From contig NC_043000.1 of assembly GCF_006345805.1 (NCBI RefSeq), forward strand, positions 160,828,001 to 160,892,000: a stretch of 64,000 nucleotides of DNA, written 5' to 3'. The notes beneath the pieces were generated by a model. The model did not search any database. It saw only the letters and a list, made by a program, of their open reading frames with translations, and was not told the DNA's origin. Positions within the stretch are counted from its first letter, which is position 1. Every line of letters starts with the position of its first letter. A program made the translations under genes and the position numbers. This stretch comes from Octopus sinensis (taxonomy: Eukaryota). Positions 25,590 through 38,543 of this stretch are shown here, one piece after another.

Positions 25590-25975
25590 ACCGGAGCACA
25601 AAAAAGAGAAAATATAGTGTAATAGGTGTAAAACAACTTGCTCTAACATATATGAAAAACAAAAAAGCGCTCGCGAGCGGGGATTGAGAGAGAGGACTGG
25701 GAAAACTCACATCTTCAGACCTTGGCCCGAGCAAAAACAAAAAAAATATAGTTTAATAGGTGTAACACAACATGTAGTAAGCGAATATGAAAAAAGTGCA
25801 CGCTGGCGAACGGGGGTGGGGTTGGGAAGAGGACTCGGAAAATTCACATCGTAAATGTTCCGAGTCGTCTCACCACAGCCCAAAACAAAAAGAAAATAAT
25901 AGTGTAATAGGTGTACAACAATGTGTAATAAACGAATATGAAAAAAAAATGAGCGCTGGAGAACGTATCTGTGTG
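25590..25975 (+). repeat. Diverged tandem repeat, 3 units of about 134-151 bp
   Basis: Anchor aataggtgta at 25621, 25755 and 25906, each followed by ...atatgaaaaa...cgct.gcga.cg. Confidence 0.75.
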
Positions 25976-26098
25976 TGATTTGCATGTACATATATAGAGA
26001 GTGGGCTAGAAATAATTATATATAAATAAATGTATGTATACATAAACACACAGATACATGCATACATACACACACACATATATATACATATGGATAGA

Positions 26099-26134
<36 letters not shown>

Positions 26135-27289
26135 TAATAGATGTCTCGCTCTGAAGCTGCCTTTCCATGTGTTATGTCAACGTCTTGATGTGATTTTATG
26201 AGACTGATGCTATTTTATGAGACTGTATCCCTCGTGTTCTCAGTGCGTCGTCAGTTCATGGAAATGCATTAATCTGTATCTATGTATGTACACGTCTTTG
26301 TGACTGCGCGTTTCCGTGTTTGTGCGTGAGATTAGAAGAAAGTCAAACGTAAAATGGCAGCAAAACAAATGTAGCGGCTGTATCTGTAGGAAACTTCTTG
26401 CGGTATCCAAAAGTCAATTGAAATAGATGTAATCGGTAAAGTTTGTAGCGATTCTCTTGGCAAGAATTCATAATCTTTAGTTACAATTTTGTTAGGCGAG
26501 AGAGTATTTCGGTTACATGGCCCGATACTTCAGCTATCACTATTTACAAATCCTTAAACTATGCAAATATCTCCACTTGAAATGGTTCACAAAGCGAATA
26601 AGAAAACACATGCCTACAAACTCAAATTTTCCACTCAAATTTTATTTTCTCACCCTCATTAATGACGGTCCATTCCTGATTCATTCCTGAATCTTCCTTG
26701 TGTTTTCTTTCCTTATAGTATTTTCTCTGGTTTATCTTAAGGTTAGTTAAAATATTTGTTTATAATCTAAAAATTCATTTGCATATATGCAAATATTTTC
26801 GCTTCGAATATTTTGTTTTATTTTAATACGAAATCAATCCTTCATTCAATTTAAATCTCAGGATATAACCGTGGAGATATAGTGTAATTCCTTCCGACAG
26901 TCTATCACTAACCTACGTAAAAGCAGCTTAAAAGTATAATGTTACACAATTATATAAGTGGCCCCAAAATGTCAACAAATCTTTAAAAATTTTTATCTCT
27001 GAGAACTGTAAAGAAACCTAGCTAGGTTTTTAAGTTTATTTATTTTTCTTTTTTTTTTCCTTTGTTTATTTTTTTTCGAAACATGTCTCCAAGGGACAAC
27101 TAAGAGTGCAAAACCGCAACCTCAAATTCAGTAAGCTAGCATGTTCTTAAAATACAAGTAAAGTAGGTATACACATGCACCATACAGGAAAAACAGTATG
27201 TTTGAATTTGGGTGACCTGGTGTGTCATTAACCAAAGCTTACTACAAGGAATAAAGATATTTTCTCTCAAACACATATTATAATAGCGG

Positions 27290-27450
27290 GTGGACAAACA
27301 CAGAAACACACGCATCTAATTTTGTTCCTAGACCAGGCTTTGTCTTTTAGTTTTCGTCTACGAAATCTACTCTCAAGGCTTTGGTCGGCACGAGGCTGTA
27401 GTGGAAAACAGTTGATCAAGGTGACACGCAGAAGGACTGAACCCAGAATG
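27290..27450 (-). mobile_element. Degraded SINE family A, 5' half
   Basis: gtctacgaaatctactctcaaggctttggtcggc and ggactgaacc are reverse-complement family-A motifs. Confidence 0.6.
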
Positions 27451-27652
27451 ATATATATATATATATACATTGGGCTGCTCGCTTAGCCAGCGGGGTGGCG
27501 TCATTCGAAGGCTAAAAAAAACAATGCGAACACATTGCGACCAGCGATGTGTAACAACATCTGATGGTCTGGTCGGCCACGTGATCACGTGATATACATA
27601 CATACATACATACATGCATACATACATACATACATACATACATACATACATA

Positions 27653-28502
27653 CAGGGTGTGGTGGGTCAATTGTTGCCATTTTACACTATTAATTTCGAT
27701 CATGTGCTTTGTTTGATTTTAGTATAGCAGGGTCAGTTGGGCACCGTCTGCGAGAAAATCAGCACCATAACATAATTCCCTCTGCCAGGAATTTGGAAAC
27801 GATATGCTGTACTGCATGGCATTCGCGCCGGAAACTCCAAAACGAACATTTCAGAATGTTTGGATGTCAATCTGAGAACGAACAGAGCATGTACCGAGGA
27901 ATATAAAAATCAAACATACAGGTAACATCATGGTGTTTGGGGTAATCACTAGTGATGGCAACGTTATGCCTCCACTCATCTTCCCACAAGGCTTCAGACT
28001 CAACACGCAGGATTACATCAAGTGCCTGGAGATAGTGCTGCCTGGTTCTAGAGGGTGACTGCTGGAAGGCCCTGCGACCGGTAACAGGAATCTGCACACA
28101 AACAGGAGAACCCAGTTATGACTGTCAGACAATTTCTGAGACCACATCACCCCTAACATGTGGTTACCTGACTCGCCAGAATGAAACCCCCTTGATTATG
28201 TGTTGGGTATAGTTGAGCGAGAAACCAACAGAACTCCTTGCAACACTAAAGATGAGCTGAAGGCAAGGATTATGTCAGCATTCACCAACTTAAACAAAGA
28301 GATTGTCCAGAAGAATTGCAGGAGATTCCGAAGTCGTCTGGAGTTCGTGGTTGAAGTCAATGGCGATTTTATTGAATAAATTTACTCTTTAGTACTTCAA
28401 GATATTTTTATGCAATTTTGGTAAATATATCTATTAAAATGAGATGTCAGTGTTATTTTTATTTTTGCATAAATTAGACGATATCATATTCACCGCACCC
28501 TG
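27653..28502 (+). mobile_element. Tc1/mariner DD37D (maT/mori-type) internally deleted element
   Basis: TIRs CAGGGTG(T/C)GGTG with TA flanks (27651-52, 28503-04). Residual transposase IMVFGVITSDGNVMPPLIFPQG, W.PDSP..NPLDY, RRFRSRLEFVVEVNGDFIE*. Confidence 0.85.
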
Positions 28503-28645
28503 TAAAATAGTACTATTGTATTGTAATAATATTTATAATATTTATATAAAACTTCTTCACTGATCTCAGTTCTGTTTAAGGATAGGCATATCAGCCGAAT
28601 ATACAAGCATTGATGTAACGGATATTCCATATTTCTTCTTAGGTG

Positions 28646-28696
28646 AACCTAGCTGAAGAAGGTTAACCAGATTTACGGTAACAAACGTACTAGGTT
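28646..28696 (+). ncRNA. Hammerhead-like motif, canonical CUGAAGA, damaged stem II/G12
   Basis: AACCTAG-CTGAAGA-AGGTTAACCAGATTTACGGTAAC-AA-ACGT-A-CTAGGTT: perfect 7-bp stem I, ACGT palindromic stem III, GUA triplet. Confidence 0.6.
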
Positions 28697-28992
28697 AACC
28701 ATTCTAGGGTGTCCACTTCTCCGTCGTTCTACCTAGAGATAAAACGAAATTTTATAATGTTCGCCACCCGCAGAAATATTTGCCTCCATACATTCAGTGA
28801 AGCTTTACATAGCGTCGTACGGTTATCGACTGCTATTTCTCGCAAACATTAGTGCCTTTTGGGGCCGCTTTTCCTATTTATAATTCTGCTTCTACGATGC
28901 TTTATTTAGCTGGAAAATAACACTATTGTATGTAATAATATTTATAATTTATTATATATATATAAAATATAATATATATATGTATATATATA

Positions 28993-29032
<40 letters not shown>

Positions 29033-31841
29033 GTGTGTGTGTGTGTGTGTGGTGTTGGGTGTGTGTGTGTGTGTGGAGAGAGAGGGAGAGAGAGAGAGAG
29101 AGAGATGCATTAATGTATATATATATATACTTACCTACAAATATACATGCTTACAAGCATACATACATCCAAACATACATATATACATACATGCATATCA
29201 AAGAATCAAAGGTTCTTCCCGGGCCATACGAATGTGTTTGTCTTGTGAATGGATCTATGAGTTTGTGTAAGAGTGAAGAGGTGTTAACTACTCGCATAAT
29301 TCATTGATTTATTGTAATATTTTCAGCTTTCAATAACTTTTCAATAAACATTTATGCTTTTAAATATCTATTTATATATAAAGACGGTTAAAAACAGTTT
29401 GGTTAAAAGATAACTGACTGAATGATCAATTGATTGATCGATTGATTAATCAATTAATTGTTTGCCACTTGATGTTTTACAAATCAATTTATTTCGTCAG
29501 TGACAAGAGCAATAAATACAGATCCGTATGTGTTGATACTGAAACAGTATTACAATGAATAATACCAACAACACTGTACTTCAGTTTGAGAAAAGAAAGC
29601 TACTGAAAACATACAGCAAAATATTTTATTGATTCGATATAATATCAAACACAACGCAGCAATAAATATTATAACAAAGTAGAAAACTATTTCAATATCG
29701 CCAGTAACTTTCCTTTAAGAATTACTTTGTGATCATTAATCGAAGTTTACTTAATGATTTTTCAATCAAAAGGTTGTGCATTCTTGTGGAAGGGGACAGT
29801 CGATGTTATTGATCTCAGTATACAAATACGTAAGTGTCAGAGGGTTTCTACACGATCAGCCGATCTGCAAAAAATAAACAGCTACATTTCTTTGAAATTA
29901 TACAATACCATCCTAAAAAATCGGTGCATTGGATAGTGTTTCCCAGTATGCAATATGCGTGATATTAAAATAAGGACCTTTGTGGTTGGAATGCCTTTGG
30001 TTATATGTATACTGTTTCGAGGCCGGCTTGAGACTAAATAGTATAGTTAAGTTATTGAACACGAAAAGCAATGAAATAGAACTCAGAACATAAAGTAATA
30101 TTTCCAAATCCTTCAAAATATTTTCTTTAATATCCGAACCACCAGGGCCGACAATATTCCGTGAGTAATAGTGGCGCAATTGAAACTGTGCTAAAACCTT
30201 TTGCACTGCCCCTCGTGTATCTTTAGCAGAGTCCATTCTATTGTAAGTATTTTCTATACGTCTCTGTTATAAGTCTTCACCTGTTACTTCCTAACTACTA
30301 CCAAACGATGGGTTACTTCTGCTCTAACCCATTGTTTGATGCTTCCTCTCAAGTTTCCTATATCAGTCTTGGACGCTTCACGCAATGGTGCACACAATGC
30401 GCCTCCTTCACTCGCAAAGCCAACAAATGTGGGAGTACTTTGCGGCGTGCAAGGAATTATGTGTAGTGTGCTTGTGTGACATTTGTGCATTTCAGTATGT
30501 TCGTGTGTATGTGTATATTATGTTTTTGCGTTCTCTTCTTTTCCTATAAGTCTATTACTGCTAATTGCTGAATTTCATTTCACTTCTCGGTGCGTTAAGT
30601 GGCTGTGAGAGAACATTAGTTTCATTTATAGTACTTATTACCTCCGGGAAAATTGTAAGTCATTACTGCTTGGTAAGGAAACCATTTAAAACGAAACAAT
30701 ATGGTGCTATACTTACAACTAGCAATAGTATGTATGGAGCATATTTACTATTAGGGATCATTGAGTAATTGAGTTTTTAGTGTTTTTCACCTGGTGAGTT
30801 GTTACGTTCAGGTAGTTGATTAACATGCCGCTGCCCAATCGATTTTTCTCTCATGGTTTATGTATTCAACTGTCAGGTAAATAGGAAGCTGGATTTTCCC
30901 TATCTTATCAAGTCTTAATGTATCTTCACTGATCGTATCTCTCCATCAACCCGTGAAGGCGAGTAGAATATGTTTTGAGAATTAATGAAACCATCTGGAG
31001 TATCTGAGATGCTCTCCTCTTAATGCCTCTAAACCGGATTACATTCTGTATTTTTAGCAAACGTTCTATTGACGGTAAGTGAGATACACACACGCTATCT
31101 CTCATCATCCTCCCTCCCTCCCTCCCTCCTTCCCTCCTTCTGTGTGTCACACGCACACACAATAAAACATTGGACAGTGTACTTTAGTTTGGTAAAAAAA
31201 AACGCTGTAGAGTCAAATTTCTTCATCCTTCCGTTTACTTCGCATTTAGTATTGTAAAGTATTTGCCTGGTTGATTTTAAATGTTCTCCTTCAATATAAG
31301 AATAATACGTACGAGTAATTTGCTGCCAACAGACCTTAATCATATCTTGAGCACAGTCGAAATACCAATTCCTTATTCGGTCACACTTCATCCTGAATCC
31401 AACATTCATTCCACTAAAGTGTTAAAATTCGACATAGATGACAGAATCTCTAGAAGTATGACTAAACGAACCACAAGATTAGGCGTCATTCATTTCGTGT
31501 CTAAATTTGAGTCTTTCCAATTCAGATAATAGCTTTCATTTTCACTGGAACTTGTAAAATGATGGTAAGTATTTACACAAAATTTGGCTTGACCGGCAAT
31601 TTTTATGCTTATAACAATGGAAATGAGTCTGTCATAAAGGGAAATGGTCATTAAGGTATAATTATCAATGTGTTCATTTTCCCGTTCAAGTCTAGGAAGT
31701 TTGTCACCATTAAGTGTAAAGATATGTGAGTCAAAAGTTGGAAACCTTTAATAATGTCAGTAGCAAGACAAGGTAATCCTAGGCACACATATATAAACCC
31801 ACACAAACGCCCACACAAACATATCCGTGTGTATGTGTATG

Positions 31842-31878
<37 letters not shown>

Positions 31879-31899
31879 TATATATATACATACATATAT

Positions 31900-31936
<37 letters not shown>

Positions 31937-31945
31937 TATACATAC

Positions 31946-31978
<33 letters not shown>

Positions 31979-32997
31979 ATAAATTTATCTCCCTCAATTT
32001 TATATATATATATAATATATATATATATCACAATAATCCATGGAGAAAACAAGGGAAGCAAAAGAAATAGACCTCAATATCAAAGAACATCGAATCGGAT
32101 AGCTTCACAAAGGTGAATAACCGGGAAAGTAAAAGTACTGTCTGAGAGGGATCCATGTTGGTTAATTTAATGTGTGTGTGTGTTAGTGTGTGTGTGAGAG
32201 AGTGAGAGAAAGAGAGATCGGAAATGTGTTTAGGTCTTGTAAACACCAAACATCTACCTAAATCCATTCGCAAAGTATTGGTCAACACGAATCTTTCGTA
32301 GACGACAATTGCTACAATGTTATGTAATGTAGTCAAACACGGAAAATCTTAGTCGTGAAACAAAATACTTAACTACGTATTTATTTTCTTTAAGATAATA
32401 ATATATTCTGTAAATTCCGTTATAGGTAATTATAGTCTATCAGCGGTTTCCAAAGCTCCGACTGTTTTTCCTTTCGAACACGAAGCAGAAAAATCAGTCA
32501 TATCTGATAATGCAACACGCAAATACATTCCACATATCACCATTGTTTGCATCTCAACTTTCAACTCACTCCTAGATGTTCGTTTCTTATATTATCCTAA
32601 TGACTCTCTCTCTCAGCTTCTGACAAACAATTTGTACAGATAGTGATATTCACAAACAGTTAATGCAAACAATGTTATGTTCAATGGAAGTTTCTTCCTT
32701 AGAGCATTATATTCACACATGTCAAATGTTAATGGCGGCAAATGGATTTAGTGGTTCTTTCAATTTTAGATAGAACAACCAGACATGCGCCTATGATTAG
32801 AAGATTCTCCAGATTACTGGTGTTTTTCTATCGCCAGCACCTTTAGCAATTTTCGTGACAGCAGATACATACGGTTGCTATTACAATTGCATCATTAGTA
32901 AAACGTAGAATTAGTTTTCTTTTGTAAATCGTATATATATATATATATATATGCATATATATAAGTATGTGTGTGTATGTATGTACGTTTATGTATG

Positions 32998-33045
<48 letters not shown>

Positions 33046-33184
33046 CATACATACACATTTATATATTTATACGTTATGTTTAAGTATGCATGTACACATG
33101 TATATATACATCGTCAGACATTCGTTTAAAATTCAAGCACATGTAGGTGTGCGCGAGAGTATATAGGAAGGTAGATAGATACAG

Positions 33185-33260
<76 letters not shown>

Positions 33261-33447
33261 TTGTGTGTACATTCATACGAAAATATCTATATATGCATCT
33301 TATTGAGTGATCTTATTATATACTAAGTCAGAAGAAGTCGCCAAAACAAATTTTTAAGAGCGTAATTAATTCACAAAATTAGATAAGTAAAGAAATGTTT
33401 TAGTAATTGAAGCATAAACGCATAGCAACAAAAGTATATATATGTAT

Positions 33448-33499
<52 letters not shown>

Positions 33500-33691
33500 A
33501 TACATACATATATATATATATACATATGTATATAGATATATGTGTACATACATATATATATACATACATACATACATACATATATATACACATATATATA
33601 GAGAGAGATATAGATATATGCATACATACATATATATACACATATATATAGAGAGAGATATAGATATATGCATACATACATATATATATAT

Positions 33692-34010
33692 ACGTGTGTG
33701 TAGAGAGAAAGCAAGTCTTTTGCAGAGGACTAGTATAACGTGAGGTGTAGAAAATGTTTGGTCAAATAAAATTACCAAAGAAACCGGGATAAAAGTCATA
33801 GGTGCTCTCATAAGATGTTTATTGTACTAAAGACATTAAATAAATATATTTAGTTATAACTTTTACTTTGGCTGTTATGCGTTTATGTTTGAATTACTAA
33901 TACATTTATTTGTTTAGCTAATTTTGTGAGTTAATAACGCTCTTAAAAAAATTGTTTTATCGACTTCTGACTTACTAAGAGCACTCAATAAGATGCATAT
34001 ACATACATAC

Positions 34011-34101
<91 letters not shown>

Positions 34102-34406
34102 CGTGTGTGTAGAGAGAAAGCAAGTCTTTTGCAGAGGACTAGTATAACGTGAGGTGTAGAAAATGTTTGGTCAAAAAAATTACCAAAGAAACCGGGATAA
34201 AAGTCATAGGTGCTCTCATAAGATGTTTATTGTACTAAAGACATTAAATAAATATATTTAGTTATAACTTTTACTTTGGCTGTTATGCGTTTATGTTTGA
34301 ATTACTAATACATTTATTTGTTTAGCTAATTTTGTGAGTTAATAACGCTCTTAAAAAAATTGTTTTATCGACTTCTGACTTACTAAGAGCACTCAATAAG
34401 ATGCAT

Positions 34407-34410
<4 letters not shown>
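33692..34410 (+). repeat. Tandem duplication of a unique unit of about 310 bp (period about 409) separated by TA/CATA microsatellite
   Basis: 33692-34000 vs 34101-34408; I see only one 1-bp indel (ggtcaaataaaattacc vs ggtcaaaaaaattacc). Confidence 0.92.
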
Positions 34411-34449
<39 letters not shown>

Positions 34450-34685
34450 CATACATACATGCATACATACATATATATATATATATATATACATACATAT
34501 ATATATATATACATATGTATATAGATATATGTGTACATACATATATATATATGTATATACATACATATATATATATATATATAACATATATATATATATA
34601 CATACATATATATACACATATATACACATATATATAGAGAGAGATATAGATATATGCATACATACATACATACATACATACATAC

Positions 34686-34776
34686 AGACTTTTTCAATTC
34701 CCGAGCGTTATACTAATACATCTGTTTGTTTTCTATACCACCTGTCTTCGTCTGTATACATACATACATACATACA

Positions 34777-34812
<36 letters not shown>

Positions 34813-34883
34813 TACAGACGAAGACAGGTGGTATAGAAAACAAACAGATGTATTAGTATAACGCTCGGGAATTGAAAAAGTCT
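34686..34883. repeat. Perfect 73-bp inverted repeat with a (TACA)n spacer (foldback of a PLE-terminus-like sequence)
   Basis: 34686-34758 is the exact reverse complement of 34811-34883; the 52-bp spacer is microsatellite. Confidence 0.92.
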
Positions 34884-35003
34884 TTAACGTTTCGAGCCTA
34901 TGCTCTTCCACAGAGAGGAACACAGAAAGAAACAAAGAGAGAAAAAATGTGTGTAGTGGCTACCGATCTATCATAGCGAATATATATATATATATATTTT
35001 ATA

Positions 35004-36295
35004 TTGTGTTGGCTAGAAAGTAATTTTGGTGTTTAGCATGAAATAAAGGTAATTATTTTCATACAAAAATGAACTTTAATCAATTCTACATTTTCTATTT
35101 TGTTTGATGACCCTTTGTCATCCTTCTGGCAGCTTCATGATTCCACGCTCATAGAACCTCTGGTCCTTATCAGCCAAAAACTCAAGCAAGTACGATTTCA
35201 GGTCATCATCATTATTGAAAGTTTTACCATTGAATGCCTTACCATTTGCACATTTTGAAATAAATAATAATCTGATGGTGCACGGGCAGGGCAGTATGGT
35301 GTATGTAACATCACTTCCCAACCAAGCTCCAGTAATAATTCATGAGTTAGCAAAAACGTGTGTTATCTAGCGTTGTGATGGTGGAACACAATTCTTTACA
35401 AGTGGCCAATTCTGGTCGATTTTCTTTAAGTGTTTCCTTCAGTTGCATTAGTTGTTGATAGTAAACACCTGAATTGATAGTTTGGTTCCTTGGAAGCTGC
35501 TCAAAATATACCGCACCTTTTTAATCCCATCAAATTGACAGCAGGAACTTTTTTTGATGCAATTCAGCTTTTTATGCGGTTTGTGCAGGTTCATTACGCT
35601 TGGACGATGAGCGTTTCCGATTGATGTTATTGTAGACAATCCATTTTTCTTCATCAGTGAGGATTCGTTTCAGAAAAGATCGATTTCATTGCGTTTGAGA
35701 TGCATATCGCAAAGATTGATTTGTTGTGTTAAGTGAGCCTCTTTCAATTTATGTAGAACCCAAATATTGACCTTCTTAACGAGTCAAGACATTTTAAGTG
35801 ATTTTCAGTTGTTGCGTGCGATACGTTTAAACCCATTGCAATCTCTCGCACAGTTATATGACAATCAGATTCAGTTATGTCTTTGATTCGGTCATCATGA
35901 ACATCAACTTCAGTAGGTTGACCAGAACGCTGGTCATCTTTGAGTGAAAAATCTCCAGAACGGATTTTTTAAAACCATTTCTGACACATGCATTCTGTCA
36001 AATAATCAACACCATAAACTTCACATATCTCATTGCGAGCCTCATCAACATTCTTGCCTTTACGGAAATAGAAAAGCAAAATATGACGAAAATGTTCGTT
36101 TTAGCACTCCATGTTAAAATTGACATTAAACGAACAACTATAAACAAAATTACGCCCCATTTGCTTCTAGAGAAAGCTAAAAGTAACGGCTATCAAATGT
36201 CAAAAGGAGAAAAATCATAACGTTGACAAAAGTCATAAAAAAAATCGTAATGTTATCTATTTGCGGAAAACAAATTTTTTTCCTTGCCAACTCAA
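35004..36295 (-). mobile_element. Full-length mariner (DD34D, mellifera-subfamily-like), heavily mutated
   Basis: Imperfect TIRs (ttgtgttggctagaaagtaatt / ttgagttggcaaggaaaaaatt), about 1.29 kb. Transposase 36112 to 35076: MEC*NEHFRHILLFYFRKGKN, RSGDFSLKDDQRSGQP, ILTDEEKWIVYNN, APSDYYLF, FYERGIMKLPE. Confidence 0.88.
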
Positions 36296-36489
36296 CATGT
36301 ATGTATGTATGTTTTTATATGTGTATGTATTATGCATGTATGTATGTACGTACGTATGTATGTATGTATGTATGTATGTATGTATGTATGTATGTATGTA
36401 TGTATTATGTATGTATGTATGTATGTATGTATGTGCGTATATATGTACGCATGTATGTATGTATGTACGCATGTATGTATGTATGTATG

Positions 36490-36523
<34 letters not shown>

Positions 36524-36620
36524 TATGTATGTATGTACGTATGTATGTATGTTTGTATGTATGAATGAATGTATGTATGTTTGTATGTATGAATGAATGT
36601 ATGTACATGCTTGTATGTAT
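36296..36620. repeat. (TATG)n microsatellite
   Basis: Directly visible. Confidence 0.95.
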
Positions 36621-36639
36621 GGATTTTGTTTTAACATTT

Positions 36640-36781
36640 GCTTCCTCCTGTCATTGGACCTCGCCCCTGTCGGGACCCCAGTAGTTTTTATTTGTTTTTA
36701 AGCTTGGTATTTATTCTCTTGGACCCATTTGCCGAGTCGCTAGGTTACGTAGAAGTAAACACCACTACACCAGTTGTCAAG

Positions 36782-36830
<49 letters not shown>

Positions 36831-37025
36831 GGTGGTGGTGGTGTAGGTGGTGCTGGGCAAATATATATACAACGAGCTTCTTTTACTTGACACCTACCAA
36901 ATCCTCTCACGTGGCTTTGGTTGGTTTGAAGCTATGGTAGAAGACATTTGGCTATAACATGCAGTGGGACTGAGACCCAGACCCATCTGACTATGAAACA
37001 ATCTTCCAACCACACTACAGTGTGC
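36640..37025 (-). mobile_element. Degraded SINE family A with internal (GTT)n/(GGT)n
   Basis: tttgccgagtcgctag, ctaccaaatcc, tagaagacatttg and gcagtgggactga motifs in reverse orientation. Confidence 0.6.
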
Positions 37026-37182
37026 AAGAAACTATACATGTATGTTTACAGCTATAAGGACTTCGTCGTTACTTCGTAGGCTGATAGCCAAGTCCGTAGG
37101 AGGAGTTTACTGTGATACCTGAACGATTCTCTGAATCTATATCTTATACTAAATCTGTATACATGCATACACATTGATGTCT

Positions 37183-37221
<39 letters not shown>

Positions 37222-37364
37222 TGCAGACACACACACACACACATGCAGACACACACACAGACGCGCACACCACTTACACACACCCACACACACCTTTAAT
37301 TCATAAATTTCTATTCTGTGTAAGTCGGATTATATATATTATATATATATTGTATATATATATA

Positions 37365-37408
<44 letters not shown>

Positions 37409-37419
37409 ATATATATATA

Positions 37420-37502
37420 CATAGGCACATTTGGGATTAAATGTATTTAATAACTTTTGTATATCGACTGGCCTAATTTGCTGTCTTACATTTACTCTCC
37501 CT

Positions 37503-37548
<46 letters not shown>

Positions 37549-37638
37549 CATACATAGCACATTTTGGGGATTAAATGTATTTAATAACTTTTGTATATCG
37601 ACTGGCCTAATTTGCTTGTCCTTAACATTTTACTCCCG

Positions 37639-37639
<1 letters not shown>
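37420..37639 (+). repeat. Duplicated segment of about 85 bp separated by (TA)n
   Basis: 37420-37503 vs 37553-37639; differences are almost all homopolymer-length indels. Confidence 0.85.
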
Positions 37640-37670
<31 letters not shown>

Positions 37671-38543
37671 ATAATATTATATATATATATATATTATATA
37701 TATCTATATATATATATATACATGTGTTTTGGTGTGCATCACATAGAATTCGTTTGGTAAACTGGTGTCTTGTGTAGTCTTCTAGTGTTATATATATATG
37801 TATTTATATATATATATCTGCGATTCCGAACAGTGTTATGCGATTGTTCTTCATTGAGCTTACTCGGAACTTGTGGCTTTCTCTTCTAAATGGGAAAAGA
37901 CATCCAGTCAATGAACTTCTCTATTTTAATGACACATCAGAGCTTTCAGTATTATATAGGATGATACACAGATTAAGTCAGTGCTATTTTATGCAAGTGG
38001 CCTACACTGCCTGTGTAAACGCATTGTGCGAAAAATTTGTTACTAAATAGCTCTTAGTGTGTTCACAAGCCATCGTCCGCAAAAGGGATTCAAATACTTG
38101 GAATATTTCTGCTAATATCGGATTTTGTTGCTTTGGTTGATTAATATTTATGTCAGTTCTTATCACACATAATGTATTATTTAAAATATCCCTATTTTCT
38201 AACCAAACATACCACGCCTAGGTCCACATGACTAAATCTGATATATTTAAACAATAGCTAAGCTTTAAGGGAGATATTATCTGACAATTCTATACAATGG
38301 AATGACTACACAGACTCGATCGATGGATCGAGGTCAGTGAAGTTTGGTTATGCATCCGACAAACTTTATACATTCCTTTAAACTGTGTGCACAATTTAAG
38401 AAGTGATGGAATATCTTAAACACAGCATATCAAATGATTAATTTCTTAAATAATCCTATTATTGAATAATCATTTACGTGCAAACCTCTATTTTAGTCTT
38501 AGGAATATGTTTATAAAAAAGCATTTTAGAAAAAGCGTATATA

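Noticed and set aside
29913-30490. Two minus-strand ORFs (107 and 68 aa) that look protein-like
   Set aside because: No motif recognised, the frames are not contiguous, and splice support is lacking.
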